Below, in pieces: positions 51,634-64,000 of a DNA stretch of 64,000 nt. The stretch covers positions 125,984,001 through 126,048,000 of the forward strand of contig OX597814.1 in the NCBI GenBank assembly GCA_951406725.2, given 5' to 3'. Source of the stretch: Octopus vulgaris (lineage: Eukaryota). Within the stretch, counting starts at the first letter, position 1, and each line of letters begins with the position of its first letter. The position numbers were made by a program, and so were the translations under genes. The notes beneath the pieces are model-generated. The model made no database searches. It saw only the letters and a list, made by a program, of their open reading frames with translations, and had not been told where the DNA came from.

Positions 51634-54574
51634 ATGTTTGTGTGTACATGTTTGTTTTTATGTGGATTCATATATAAAAATCATAACATTAGGATCATTC
51701 CATACTTTTGAAGAGAGTAAATATTTATTTTTACAAAGTAAATGTTGACAGTGACCTCGAAGTTTTTGGCTTACTAAGCCAATAAGCTCAAACTTTAAAG
51801 CCACTCTCAACCCTTTTCTTGTAAAAGTGTGTGTGTGTGTGTGTGTGTGTGTGATTGCACTCTAAGTTCAAATCCTATGAAGACCGCTTTGCATTTCATT
51901 TCTTTCCCAATCCAGGACTATAAATTGGTAGAATATTTAGATCATAGGATGAGATGTTTTGCAATATCTGTTACAGCTCTGTACATTCTGATGTCCAAAC
52001 TCACAAAGCATTGGTGTCCAGCTGTGATCTTGTGCACCATGCTTGTGTAAGTCAGACAAGTCAACATGATCTGGTCTTATTTCATTGGAAGTTACTGCTT
52101 TCAGATACTGGTGTTCATATTTGTTACTTTGGGCTGATTTCTACAGCTGGATACTCTTCCTAAAGCCAAGCACTTTATAGTGTGTACTAGGTGCCTTTTC
52201 GCATAACTACATCATTAGAAAGGATGATGTTCTCAATGAGACAAGACTAAGAGATCTCACAATCCTACACTTTCTCCATTTGTTTGCCGACTTTACAGTT
52301 TGTACTAAGAGTATTTTTCATAGCACCAGCACTATAGAGGTTGTCAAATCCTCTGTAAGACATGACTAATTAACTTTTCAACCTTACTTTATTCTCTGCT
52401 TACTCACCAGTCTCTCTAGTATATGTGCAGAAATGACTTGGCAGTGGACTTTCCATCATGGTACCAGCATATGAGGAGTTTAGACATGTAAACTGTCAGT
52501 GTTGAAAATACTCAGGTGTTATATATGTATATATAAATCCAATATACAGAACTGCATGATTTGGGAATCCACAATTCTAAAAGGCAGAATATAATTTATT
52601 GAGAATGCAGAGTATAATTTATTTAGAATGATGTTTTACAAGTTACAGACCCCTTTCACAATGTTACTATTTCTTAAATATTTTCTTAAGATGTATGAAA
52701 AGAGTGAAATGGTCTGCAGCCCATATCATATTGTTCTTAATAAATAGTGTGTGTGGGTGGGTAGGGTATTCTAAACAGAGAAATATTTTTGGTATACTGA
52801 TTATTTTAACTTTAGTTTTCATGCTGTGATTGTGTTTAGAATAAAGTGGATGTGTTACCAAAGTTCAATTTATAATTGATGCTATTTTTAAACTCATAAG
52901 TCTCTGGACAGGTCACCAATTTTCTGAAATTGCCACAAGTTACTACAGTTAGATCAATTAATTTCGACTTTAATAGAAATCTTACAACTGTGTCAATATA
53001 ATTTGACAATCTACAGACAAAGAATGGTTCAGATTTACATTTTGGTTTGATAATTGGTTTCAATAAAATACACTGTAGTCTCTCTGATTTAGAGGAGTAA
53101 ACACACACACACACACACACACATGCACAACCTTGCTTAAAAGGTGGAGCAAAGGTGAGTTGAGAGAATGAATGACTTGGCAATCAGAACATCAGCTGAT
53201 GTATACAAGAAAGACAACTTCTAGTATGATATAAATGGATGATGAATCCACTGTATGTGTGTGTTTGTGTTGGGGAATAGTGGTGGGGTCAGTGCAGTGT
53301 ACTGTAAGTATGAATAAGGAAAACTACTGAGAACAATGTGGGATGAAGTGCTGAGGTTACTTCTCAAGATACAGAACTTCATAGAGTAAAGAATGAAAGA
53401 TCTAAACTTGATCACAGAATGTCCAACCCACGGAAAATATAGAAAAACAGTTGCCAGAGAAATCTTGCTACTATTGATGCTATTTTTTGCCTCCTCCACC
53501 TCCTCCTCCTCCTTCTTCTTCGTCTTCATCTTCTTCTTCTCCTCCTCCTCCTCCTTCTTTTCCCCTTCTTCTCCTCTTCCCTCTCGCCCTCCTCCTCTTC
53601 TTTGAAGATGATGCAAATGGTATCAAAAACATTTAAAACTCAAAACCACATCTTACCTATGCATGTATGTGATAATTCAGATTTCAAATGATCAGATATA
53701 TGCACTCGCTTAAGCACTTACATATGTTTTGTTTGTGTGTACGTATACTTATGCATGAATGTATGTATGCAAGTATGTATATATGCATATGTATGAATGC
53801 ATATCTATATTCATGTATATGCTTGTGTGCCTATGTATGTATCTATATGTATGTGAGTGTGCATATACACATATAGATGGATATATATTTACATGTACAC
53901 ACTCACACACATATATACACACACATTCGCATAATCCATACACATATAATTTACATGTGCAAGTTCATGTGAGTGTGTGTGTATGCACATGTATACCTGT
54001 GTATATGAAATAGAAATAAAAACCCAACATGAAAACTTACTTCTATTCAAGTGATTGGAGAGGGGGAGTGGGATTAAATTATTTTCATATATTAAATATT
54101 TGTTTTATATTGCTGGACCAGTAAATATTCCATTTGTGAAATCAATGGAACAACAGCATGATCAAATGTAGATCTACCTTTCTCTCTGCATTCCCTTTTT
54201 ACATTCCTCATTCCTAAATATGGACCTGCTTTTTTCTCTTTTTCTTTTTTTAAAGAAGACACGTCCATAGTTTTTACTTAAAAAATAAATCAACTCAACC
54301 TTGTAATCCATGCTATTTTGTCATTTTATTTAGGATAAGTAGTTTATCGATTCCAGATGTAATAATTTACCTTTGGGATCATTGATCACAGAGATAAACT
54401 GCTGTTGTTGTTCATGATGATGATTTTATTTCTATCTCTCTCTCTCTCTCTCTCTTTATCTCTATCTATCTCAATCTATCTCTTTATATATTTCTTTTCT
54501 ATCTCAATCTTTCTATCTCCCACACAACATATTTGTCTGTCTGTCTTTCTATCTTTCTCTCTCTCTCTCCCCCC

Positions 54575-54605
<31 letters not shown>

Positions 54606-56679
54606 CATATATATATTTATATATATATATTTAAATTTGTATATATATTCATATTTATTTATTTATATATATATATAAAGCTGTTGCTCTCAAATTCTTT
54701 CTCTCTCTGTCTCTTTCTCTCTAACTTACTGTTTGTTCTGAGTCATCAGCTTCTTCACAAAATGCTCCTGAATGAAAGAGCCTTATTCTTTCTTAGATTT
54801 CCTGTCAGAAAGAATTCTAATATCTATCTGATATTTCTTTTCAGTTCAAATGTTAACTTTTCTTTTCAAATTTTCTGTTTCTTGAAGAAAATACAATCAA
54901 TTTTCTTTCTCCCTCATCACACTCTCTCTCCCTCTCTCTTTCTTTCTTTACCTTCAACATACCTTATTCTCATACCCCCTCTCTCTCCCCTCATCCCTCT
55001 CTCCTGTTTTTTTCCCTTCTTCCTCTTTCATTCTCCCCATCTTTCTTTTCTTTCTCTCACTTAGCTTGAAATTGTTGCAAAAAACCCTCACAAATTGAAA
55101 CAAACAACAACAGCAACCAGTCATACATAATAAATTTTTGTCTCTATGAACTTTGATGATATAACAACACCACTACCACTTTGCTGTATGCATACACACA
55201 CATCACACAAACATGCATATATACATACATGCGCATGCACACACACACACACACATTCATAAATGCATAAATACATGTGTGTGTGTGTATAATATATATA
55301 TATATGTGTATGTATGTGTACATACATATTTCATGTATGTATGTGTGTGTAGCGGGTGTACATAATTAAACTACGTTTCAAAAGGTGATGTTGGATAAAT
55401 ATTTTAGCAAGCATGAGAATGTATGTGTAGATTTTCCATAGAATCATTTCTAGTTAGATGTCTATTGAGAGATGCCGATATTGTTGTCATCTCTCAACCC
55501 AACTGAGATGCTGCACAATGCTTTATCTCATTCTATTGCTTCATGGCTTTTGTCGTCTCATGAAAAGTTATTCCAACCACTATCTTGGTATTTTCATATA
55601 ACACAGAATAAAATAAAAAAAACTGAGCTATTTTAAATATCTTCTAGCTATTTCAGGTTTATTCCTTTGTGGTAGTTCCACTGCTGAGAAAGTTAGGTTC
55701 CATGATACTGGCCCCTCCTCTTCTTCTTTAGCGTCAACCAAGAATAGTTGGTGGGCATTGCAAAGGACGGTAGAGAGATGGAGAGAAAAGCCTCAAGTGA
55801 GAATGTAGATATCTACTGAAGTGTACATGCACACACACGCACACACACATGTATATCCTTATAGATACACTCCTATACCCACTCATACATGCATAGTAAA
55901 CTCACATACACAAACACATACTTACACTGAACACATACTGTCACACTTGCACACTCTCACATAAAAGTACATACAATTACATACATATAGAGACTCAAAC
56001 TCACAAACATACACATACAGTGAAACATTCTCTCCTGAACATCTATACAGATACTTACAAACCCATCTCCAACTGAGTTCCTTCCTTCATCATTTAAAAC
56101 AATAACCAGATCCTTGTGAGTTAATGGGGTGGGTGGCTTCTTTGTGAATGCTGAGGTGGTGGTGGTGGTGGGTGGGTGTTGTCACTGATCAAAAACTGCT
56201 GCAGCATGGGGTATCAAAGTATATCAGAATGTAACAGATTTTAGTGGTGATAAAAGTCCGATAGATGTTTTCCAGTTTACAAGGGTTTATAGTTTAGCTG
56301 TTCTTGTTTAACTCTGGATCAAGGCATGATTGAACAGAAGTTGTGATGAAAGATACTCCAACTGTGACCATCCTGTCTTTCACCAAATGCTGCCCAAAGC
56401 CAGTAATGTTTCTAAACTTGTGGGTGTGATTTGAAGGAAATTTAGTTGCTATTTGTAGTGGGTTGAATGAATAATACAATGAGGCTCCTTCACTGGATAT
56501 ACGAGATATCTCTGGCTTGACTTGCTAGAAATATTGTTTCAGGGAAATATTGCTATACATGTTGGTATTGTTATGTACTCCAGATTAGCTCTGATGGAAC
56601 ATGCCTATTTATTGCAGGAAGTCAACAGTCCTATAGTATGCAGGAAGTCAGCCAAACAACTAGACCTGTTTTTTTTTCC

Positions 56680-57600
56680 ATTTATACTAATCTCTGCCTA
56701 GTTGAGACTCATACTGCACTAAAAAATGAAATGGCGAACCATATGAGGTGCATGTGACAGTTTGGACATAATGCACTCTCTCTATTGTTTGGTCTATTTC
56801 TGTATGCCTGTAGATTTTGGTGGTGACCATGGTGGAGGTGAGTAAGGTGAACTTGGTCAGAATTCTACCATTGCTGCTCCTCTGCATTTATGATTGAGGA
56901 TAGCTTTCTAGCAATGTGTTTGGGGCCAATTAGGCTCTTTCTGTGTGTATGCTTTTTTTATTTGAGCTGAGTGGGAAATAGTGTTTTTAGGCTGCTAGTG
57001 TAGAAGTGTACTACATTGTATTATATATGCCTGGTGTTTGAAGATAGTTTTTCAGGTAGTAGCAAAGTTGAAGTTTGTTGTGTTCCTTGCATGCCTAAGT
57101 AATCTTATATTTTTAGTATTTTTATTTTATTGTAAAGATGGTCTGAGCACAATATGTGAGGATACATAGTGTGCAGTTTTCTGTTCTTTGTAGTTTATTA
57201 TGTTTTATTGTGTAGAGATTACAGGACCAGGCAGGGCTGACATGATCTATCATGAATCTAATATATTGTTCTGGACACCTTATTACTGTTTCTTGCAGAA
57301 AATATTGTGCAAGTTGAGAAAGTGAGAGAGAGAAAAATTGACTGATCTGTACCCAGTTAAAGTGACAGACTGATTCAAGGAATGTAAATAGGATTATCAT
57401 ATTTTGCATGTAAGAAATATAATTTGAATAAAAGATGAGACAGAGGTGATGATGGGTTGAGAAATGAATGTTATGGTAACAAAGGTAAAGATATGCTAAA
57501 GATGATCTGAAGAATTGGGAATAGTTCTAACTTAATAAGATTAGGCTTAAAAGGGAAAGTTAATATATGAATTAGGAAATATTGCTTTTTATTTCTCAGA
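56680..57600 (-). mobile_element. Probable decayed LINE (CR1/L2-like) endonuclease-to-RT region
   Basis: Minus strand has an SSDHL motif near 57500 (APE domains end in SDH) and LINE-like composition; many stops. Confidence 0.35.
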
Positions 57601-57967
57601 TGTAACTGAGCTTTCCTTTATCTTCTTTCATTCTTTTTTTGTAAATTTTGCATCAAATACACAATACATCTTACAGTGTTCTATTTCCTGAACTATTTGT
57701 TTCTTTTATTTTAAACTTTTACATGACTCACTATAAATTTGCATTCAGTCATAGGGCTGCAGCCATGTTAGGGTTAATATCTTCCACATTTTCTTTAGTT
57801 GATCATACTGTTCTCAGTACTTATTTTATAGATCTCTATTGAATGACTAAGATCCCTTTTGTTGTAGAGAAATGAAATTCAGCACCTCATTTTACATTGG
57901 CATGTACAAACATTCACACACATGCATGTACACATTGTGTGTGTATGTGTGTGTGTGTATATATATA

Positions 57968-58530
57968 TCATCATCATCATCATCATCATCATCGTTTAAC
58001 GTCCGTTCTCCATGCTAGCATGGGTTGGACGGTTTGACCGGGGATCTGGGAAGCCAGAAGGCTGCACCAGGCTCCAGTCTTATCTGGCAATGTTTCTACA
58101 GCTGGATGCCCTTCCTAACGCCAACCACTCCGTGAGTGTAGTGGGTGCTTTTTACGTGCCACCTGCACAGGTGCCAGGCGAGGCTGGCAACGGCCACGGT
58201 CGGATTGGTGTATTTTATGTGCCACCAGCACGGAAGCCAGTCGAGGCGGTGCTGGCATCGGCCACGAGTTGGATAGTGCTTTTTATGTACCACCAGACCA
58301 GGGATCCTGGCTGGTTCAATTCGATTTCGATTTCGCTTGCCCCAACATGTCTTCGCAAGCAAAGGGGGTTGGCATGGATGCCTGTCGTACGGTCGGATTG
58401 GTGTATTTTATGTGCCACCGGCACAGAAGCCAGTGGAGGCGGCGCTGGCATCGGCCACGAGTCGGATAGTGCTTTTTACGTACCACCAGACCAGGGATCC
58501 TGGCTGGTTCAATTCGATTTCGATTTCGCT
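57968..58530 (-). mobile_element. Young CpG-rich (GAT)n-tailed element with modular internal duplications (193-bp period)
   Basis: Same tail as 27016; 58196-58338 is repeated at 58389-58530; flanked by (TA)n on both sides. Confidence 0.85.
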
Positions 58531-58696
58531 TTATATATATATATATATATATGTTATGTCTACTCCTCTTAACAAGGTTATAATACGAAATGTTCTTTAC
58601 AGTATTTGAAAGATGGGAGTGAAGTTTTGAATATGGTTTATTTTAAAATGTTAACTTAATTTTGGAAGTTTTAAGATATATTTTTACCATTTGCAT

Positions 58697-58840
58697 AGGC
58701 ACGGGTTGTGTGGTTATAAAGCTTGCTCATCCATGTAATTTTAAGTTCAATCCCACAGTGCAGCACCTTAAGCATCTTCCATTGTAGCCCCAGGCTAACC
58801 AAAGCTTTGAGAGTGGATTTGGTAGATGGAAACTGAAGTG
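58697..58840 (+). mobile_element. tRNA/CORE-type SINE head
   Basis: ggttgtgtggtt...agttcaatcccacagtgcagcacc...gagtggatttggtagatggaaactgaa. Confidence 0.7.
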
Positions 58841-58849
58841 CAGAATCTG

Positions 58850-59400
58850 TGCTTGTGAGTTTTACAGGTTCTCCAAGACAAGTGAAGTCAAAGGAAATGA
58901 TGTCCTTACAAAAAGTTTTTATTAGTGATTCCAGAAGAATACAGATTAGGTGATAAATTGTTGGGAAAGTATTTAATGCATGATTTGAGAAAGGTGAGAT
59001 ACAGTAGATTAAGAGACAGACATATTGTGTAGGTTTAGGTGGTGGTGCTTTGCAGTTTGTAGTTCAATGGAAAAGAGACCATTAAAGTGATAATAGAAGA
59101 GAAGAGATAGAGTAGTGAATCTGTTTATCTGTGAACTCATAGATGTAATATGTTAATGAATTAATATTTGCCACTGAGTCAAGTGTCCTTCTTCTGAATA
59201 GAATCAAAATTGTTTTGGTGTGTATCAGTAACACTGCCCCAGATATATGTGCAGAATTCTAGTGTAGGTCTTAATTGATCTTTGTACAGAGTCAGTAACT
59301 AATCAAAGCCAAAATATTTCTATGCTCTAAAGAGAAATCATAGTGTTTGCAATGTAGTCTAGTGGATGTTTTTATATATATATGAGGTCAACATTAGAGA
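58850..59400 (-). mobile_element. CR1/Jockey-group LINE RT C-terminal fragment, decayed
   Basis: Minus translation of 59189-59290, LYKDQLRPTLEFCTYIWGSVTDTHQNNFDSIQKK, matches LYKxxIRPxLEYCxxIW...LDxIQxR. Confidence 0.75.
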
Positions 59401-60049
59401 TTTTGTGGCCTAAAGATTTCTAGCAGTGAATTTTAGTTATGTCTTGTTCAAGTGTAGAAACAGTTTGAACCTATTAGCCATGTATCACTATCTTACTCAG
59501 CATTTCTCTATGTATAGCAAGTGAAGGTCAACCATGAGAAACATTTCATACATTGGAAAATGTTAGCATTTCACCTATGAAATGGAAGAATCTTATTTTC
59601 AATAAGTGAACTGAGATTAATTGTTTCTGTTTAATCAAGCAAAAATAAATTATCAAAGAGTTTAGGCTAGCTGCTGCAAGTTTCAGATATTTTATGGACT
59701 ATTGCAAATGTTTATATCAATTACTTATACAGGAGCACTTTATAATGGTTACTCTTTCAGAGTCTACTCTGTAGAATGGTGTTACTCTATTGGATAGGTA
59801 CTCTGTTGGATGTTTCTTCTATTGGATGATTGTTTTTTTTAATTAATTAGAATAAGAAAGACATCAGCTATGACCTATTCACAGGACCTTTGAGAATGAG
59901 TAGAGAAAGGAAAAAGGCTTGTGTTGTCCTCAAATTTGAAACATGGTCCAAATCCAGCTATGTGGACTCTGTTAAAGGTCAAATAGTGTTGTTAATTCAG
60001 CCAATAAATTAAATCCACCTCCTAAGAACAGATACAATCCATTCAACAG

Positions 60050-60190
60050 GCTTTCTGCACAGGTTCAATCTACCAAATTTCACTCAAAAGGTTGCAGTAA
60101 AAATAAACACTTGCCTAAGGTGTTATGTAGTGGAAGTGAACCCAGAACTACACCATAGCAAAATAAACTTCTTAATCTCATAGCATAGCA
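60050..60190 (-). mobile_element. Old tRNA/CORE-type SINE head
   Basis: caggctttctgcac..tctaccaaatttcactcaaaagg...aacacttgcctaaggtg...gtgaaccc...aacttcttaa. Confidence 0.6.
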
Positions 60191-63100
60191 CCACCTGCAC
60201 TGCACCCACAAGCAATGCCATTAATATTTTTTGAAAATATCTAGAATGTGATAATGATATAAAGCATATTTTGAAATACATTGACATAACAGTTTAGTTT
60301 CATTAAAAATTTACTATTTTATTTCATATACAAGTAGTATGAGTCCATAATTATGTAATCTGATAAGTTATGTCCGTCTGTTATGCCAGATCATAAAAGA
60401 GGGGAAAAGACATCAAAATGTGATCATAAGACAAACCTAGCAGTGGATAGACCTTAAAGTAGATGTTTCCTGCTTTGCAAAATGGTTTGACCAGCTATTG
60501 TACTTAGTACATGTAATTAATCATTAAGTAGTTGAACTAGTTACTGTGTTCCACTTGCCTTCTGTGTTTGTTAAATATACTTTGATATGTTAGCTCTCCC
60601 TACTAGCCAATCACTAATGCTGATTGTATAACATGTGTTAATAAACTTACAGCACATTAATGACTTGTAACAATATATTACGCTATTTGTCATGTCACAC
60701 TTATTTATTTATATAAAAAAAATTTATCATACTACATTAAAGCCAAAAGATTTATAGGTAAACCATTAAGCCACATTTCTGGAATGTTTCCAACATTATT
60801 ATTCAAAATAAATTTTCCTTCAATAATTCCTTCTCATGGGAGTCCAATTCTGCTCTGCTAGGAATTAGCTGACTATTAAAACACTTCATTTCCTCTAAAA
60901 CAAATTGCTACTATCTTCACACAGCACTTTATGGACATTAATTTTGATTTCTTTTAAGAATTAAAGTTAATCGTCTAGATTGGTGTTACCTTTGAGTAAA
61001 AGTAAGACCATTACACCTACCTAGGTGAACAGAAGAATTCTGTGTAGAAGATTTTCTAAATCACAAAACATTGATATGCTGAATAAGTAAATAGATTATG
61101 AATTATAGTATCATATTGGAATTATTTGATCCTAAATAGAAAACCTGAAATTGTCTCTAACAATGCAGGCATATATTTTCTTTACATCCTCAGTTTCATA
61201 AAGATGTATATGTGTACAGTAATGTGCTACATTTATGCATGCAATATGTATGTGTATAAGAAAGTATATTTGTACATTTACATATGTGGTGTGAGGAAAA
61301 AATAAAAAGATAGATGTTAATATAAATGTTTTCAAAATACACTATACACTAGATGCTATTGAAGAAAAATTTGAGAAGAAAATCTCAAACAATTATTAAT
61401 AAATGTGAGATAGACTTGATTGCTTATTATTGTTTTTATGAATTCTGATGGGAAGTTGTTTTCCTTCAATTTTTCATTTGAGTCCTAAGTATGTGATGTG
61501 AGACTCAAAACTGTAAGTTTATTGAAAAAATACTGAATATATGTTATGGCTCATTAAAAAAAAAATACTTCAAGTAGATGATAGCTTTGTTTTCTTTTAG
61601 TGGCAGGCTTTCATAATTTTGGCTCAGGCAGCTCTAGGTCTGAACTGTCTAATCTATTTGCTCTAGTTGATATTGCATATACTTTGGATTATCTTCATTC
61701 TGCAGTAACCTCTATGACTATTAAGAATATACATTTCTTTCAGGTTTTCAAATGATCAAATTTATCAAAGAATGTACTTCTGCTATAAATTGACAGCTGA
61801 GTTGAAGAGGAGACAGGAAAAAAAATGTTTTCCTTAAAATCATGCTTACAGAATAAGCCAAACATTGTGAAATAATGAAGTACTGTAATAATGATGTTTA
61901 GAGTAACAGGCTTTGAGGCACAGTTATAACAATATAGATAGTCAATTCATAATTGAAGTATTATTGTTAAATTAGTGAACTTCTTGAGAAAGCAGTATTT
62001 TAGAAAGCTTTACTTTTGCTACTCTCAGGATAATAAAATATGTACAGAGAATATACTAGATTCAATCAGTTGACTGTACAAAACTTGGCAATGTACATTA
62101 GAAAGAAATCATATTGGCATTGATCTGTATTTTATTATATCATTGCATGATGGAATTGAATGATTCATAGGAGAGAGATAGAGACAAATAGTTGAATATT
62201 AAACATAAGCTAAGAAAGAGTTGAAGCCAAGTAATTAGCATAAATATGAATATTTCTGCAACAGAGTATCAGCCTTAAAATAAATCATTAAGACAGACTT
62301 GGAGCCACTGAATGCAACTTAGATAAAAATCTACCCAAGCTTTCTTTTAATTATTTATCACATTCTATCAATGGAACTACTATTGTGAATCAGTGTTTTT
62401 ATAACAATAAAACATGTCAAAGACTTTCACTCATTTCTCTAGAATCTTTCTTTCTTTCATCTGTCTCCATTATTTGTAACAGTCATTTAGAAAATCTTCA
62501 CTACTTATTTTTAATGTAAAACTTTGTAAGACTTTCAATCATTTACTTTATTTATTTTATTCTATTTACTTTTTTCTTTTTGTTCATTTTAATCTTCAAT
62601 CTTTATTTCTCTTGATGTCTCTATCTGAAGTAGAATTCTAACTTAAAAATGTTTATTTTTCAAATATATCTATTCAGATTTTCAGTTTAATATTCATTCA
62701 TTGTTTAAGAAAATACATTTTCTTTCAATGCTTTTTTTTCGTGTTATGTTTTGCTTTTTTGTTTTCCGTGCACTTCTATTTCTACATAGTTTCATGGTTT
62801 TCAATAAAAAGTAGTTTTTCATGTGATATCAAGATTGCTTTGATATTGTCTATGTAATGTTATAATCTGAATACATAGCTATTGTTTCTTTGAAATTTTG
62901 CACTGCTTTCTAAAATTAAAATTCTGATTTTTGGTAATTTATTTTAATTCATTTTCAAATTTTAAAAAATTCAAATTCTTGATTTCAATATATGCAAACT
63001 TGAATATCAAATTTGTCTACTTTCAGTCTAATCTCTCACCAATCTTTTTCACATCTATATCTCTAACATCTTCTCCTATAGAAATAGTCATGAAACCCTA

Positions 63101-63249
63101 GATAAAAGAACTTCTTGCATTTAGTTACATTGCTTTATACGCAGAGTTCAAATCCCAGAAAGGTCATCTTAGCTTTTCAATAAAATAGAGTATTAATGAA
63201 GTACTGTGGTTAGTATAATTGTTTGCGACCAACATTGGTCTTATGCAGC

Positions 63250-64000
63250 TAGAATCAGACCTGTTTCTGCTTTTAAACCAGAGTTTTTGGGCTATTTATG
63301 GCTTTATTTCACTCTGGTTTCCTTCCTCTTTGACAAATTTTACAAGATATTGGCCATGAAGTGGGTTTTTTGCTTCCATTTTTTTTCTTCAGCATACTTC
63401 TGTATTTTCTTTTGATTTTGTCTGCTGTTTCATAACCTTTTCTGTTGTTTTGTCCTTATCTGAATCTTTTACATCTTTTATACAGACAAAAGCCTTGTTT
63501 TTTTCATGTTTCACTTATCAGTTTCTCTTAGCTTGATTATCACATTTATCAGCTTCTTTTTGCTCAGTTTTAAATATTTTTGAAGTCCCACTGTTATTCT
63601 TTGTAGTAGTTTTCTGTTTGTATCAAATCCCACCCTCCTTTTGTGTGGTGTAAGCATATTCTATCTGTATTAGTTTGGGGGAAGTGACTTTGGAATGCTG
63701 TCAGTAGATTCCTTGTTTTTCTGTTTAAGCTCTTCAATTCACTTAACTTCTGTTTTATTATGTTGAAACTGTAGTTTATAACTGGGATGACTAGCATATT
63801 TGTATCTACTATCTTATTATTGACTCTCACAACATTCTTTGTTAATAATTTTACCCTTTATTTCTGTATTCTATTTTATTACTTTCATCTACTCCTAAGT
63901 CTCAGTGTGGTTGGTATCATCCTTAACAAAGAAATGGTCTAAAGTTTGTAATATTTTTGTTCCATGAGAATTTCATCATTAATAAAGTTGAAGCTAGAAG
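63250..64000 (-). mobile_element. R4/Dong-clade LINE fragment (RT thumb region), runs off the window
   Basis: ORF 63594..63830 NKIVDTNMLVIPVINYSFNII...ELKSLNRKTRNLLT...HFPQTNTDRICL....GGWDL matches NKIxAINxxAIPVxxYS...ELxxLDRKTRKxLT...HPxADxDRLYL....GGRGL. Confidence 0.8.

Noticed and set aside
58012-58609. GC-rich ORFs up to 186 aa (also 27034-27425, 39450-39890, 46411-46812)
   Set aside because: They lie wholly within non-coding repeat copies, are open in several frames and show no protein motif.

Overview
AT-rich, CpG-depleted, microsatellite-laden eukaryotic DNA. The repeat landscape (tRNA/CORE-type SINEs, (GAT)n-tailed elements, R4/Dong, RTE, CR1 and Penelope-like fragments) looks like an octopus/coleoid cephalopod genome; this is an inference. 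I see no intact protein-coding gene. Nearly all ORFs in the track are microsatellite or SINE artefacts, and the recognisable peptides are decayed retrotransposon pieces, all on the minus strand. That bias fits the window lying inside a very large intron of a plus-strand gene. Most notable observations: (1) a strong branch point, pyrimidine tract and AG|GTAAGT followed 35 nt later by a second GTAAGT (8773-8845), a candidate recursive-splicing site or microexon; (2) several type-I hammerhead-ribozyme motifs in Penelope-like remnants (13157-13285, 23225-23280, 44962-45047), all minus strand, all with a U-U opposition at the base of stem II, two with unusually long stem II; (3) three insertions with the same architecture, an inverted copy of an internal segment abutting a microsatellite (304, 104 and 77 bp arms); (4) a cluster of near-perfect short palindromes at 43.5-47.1 kb. 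Coordinates were counted by hand; element boundaries are approximate.
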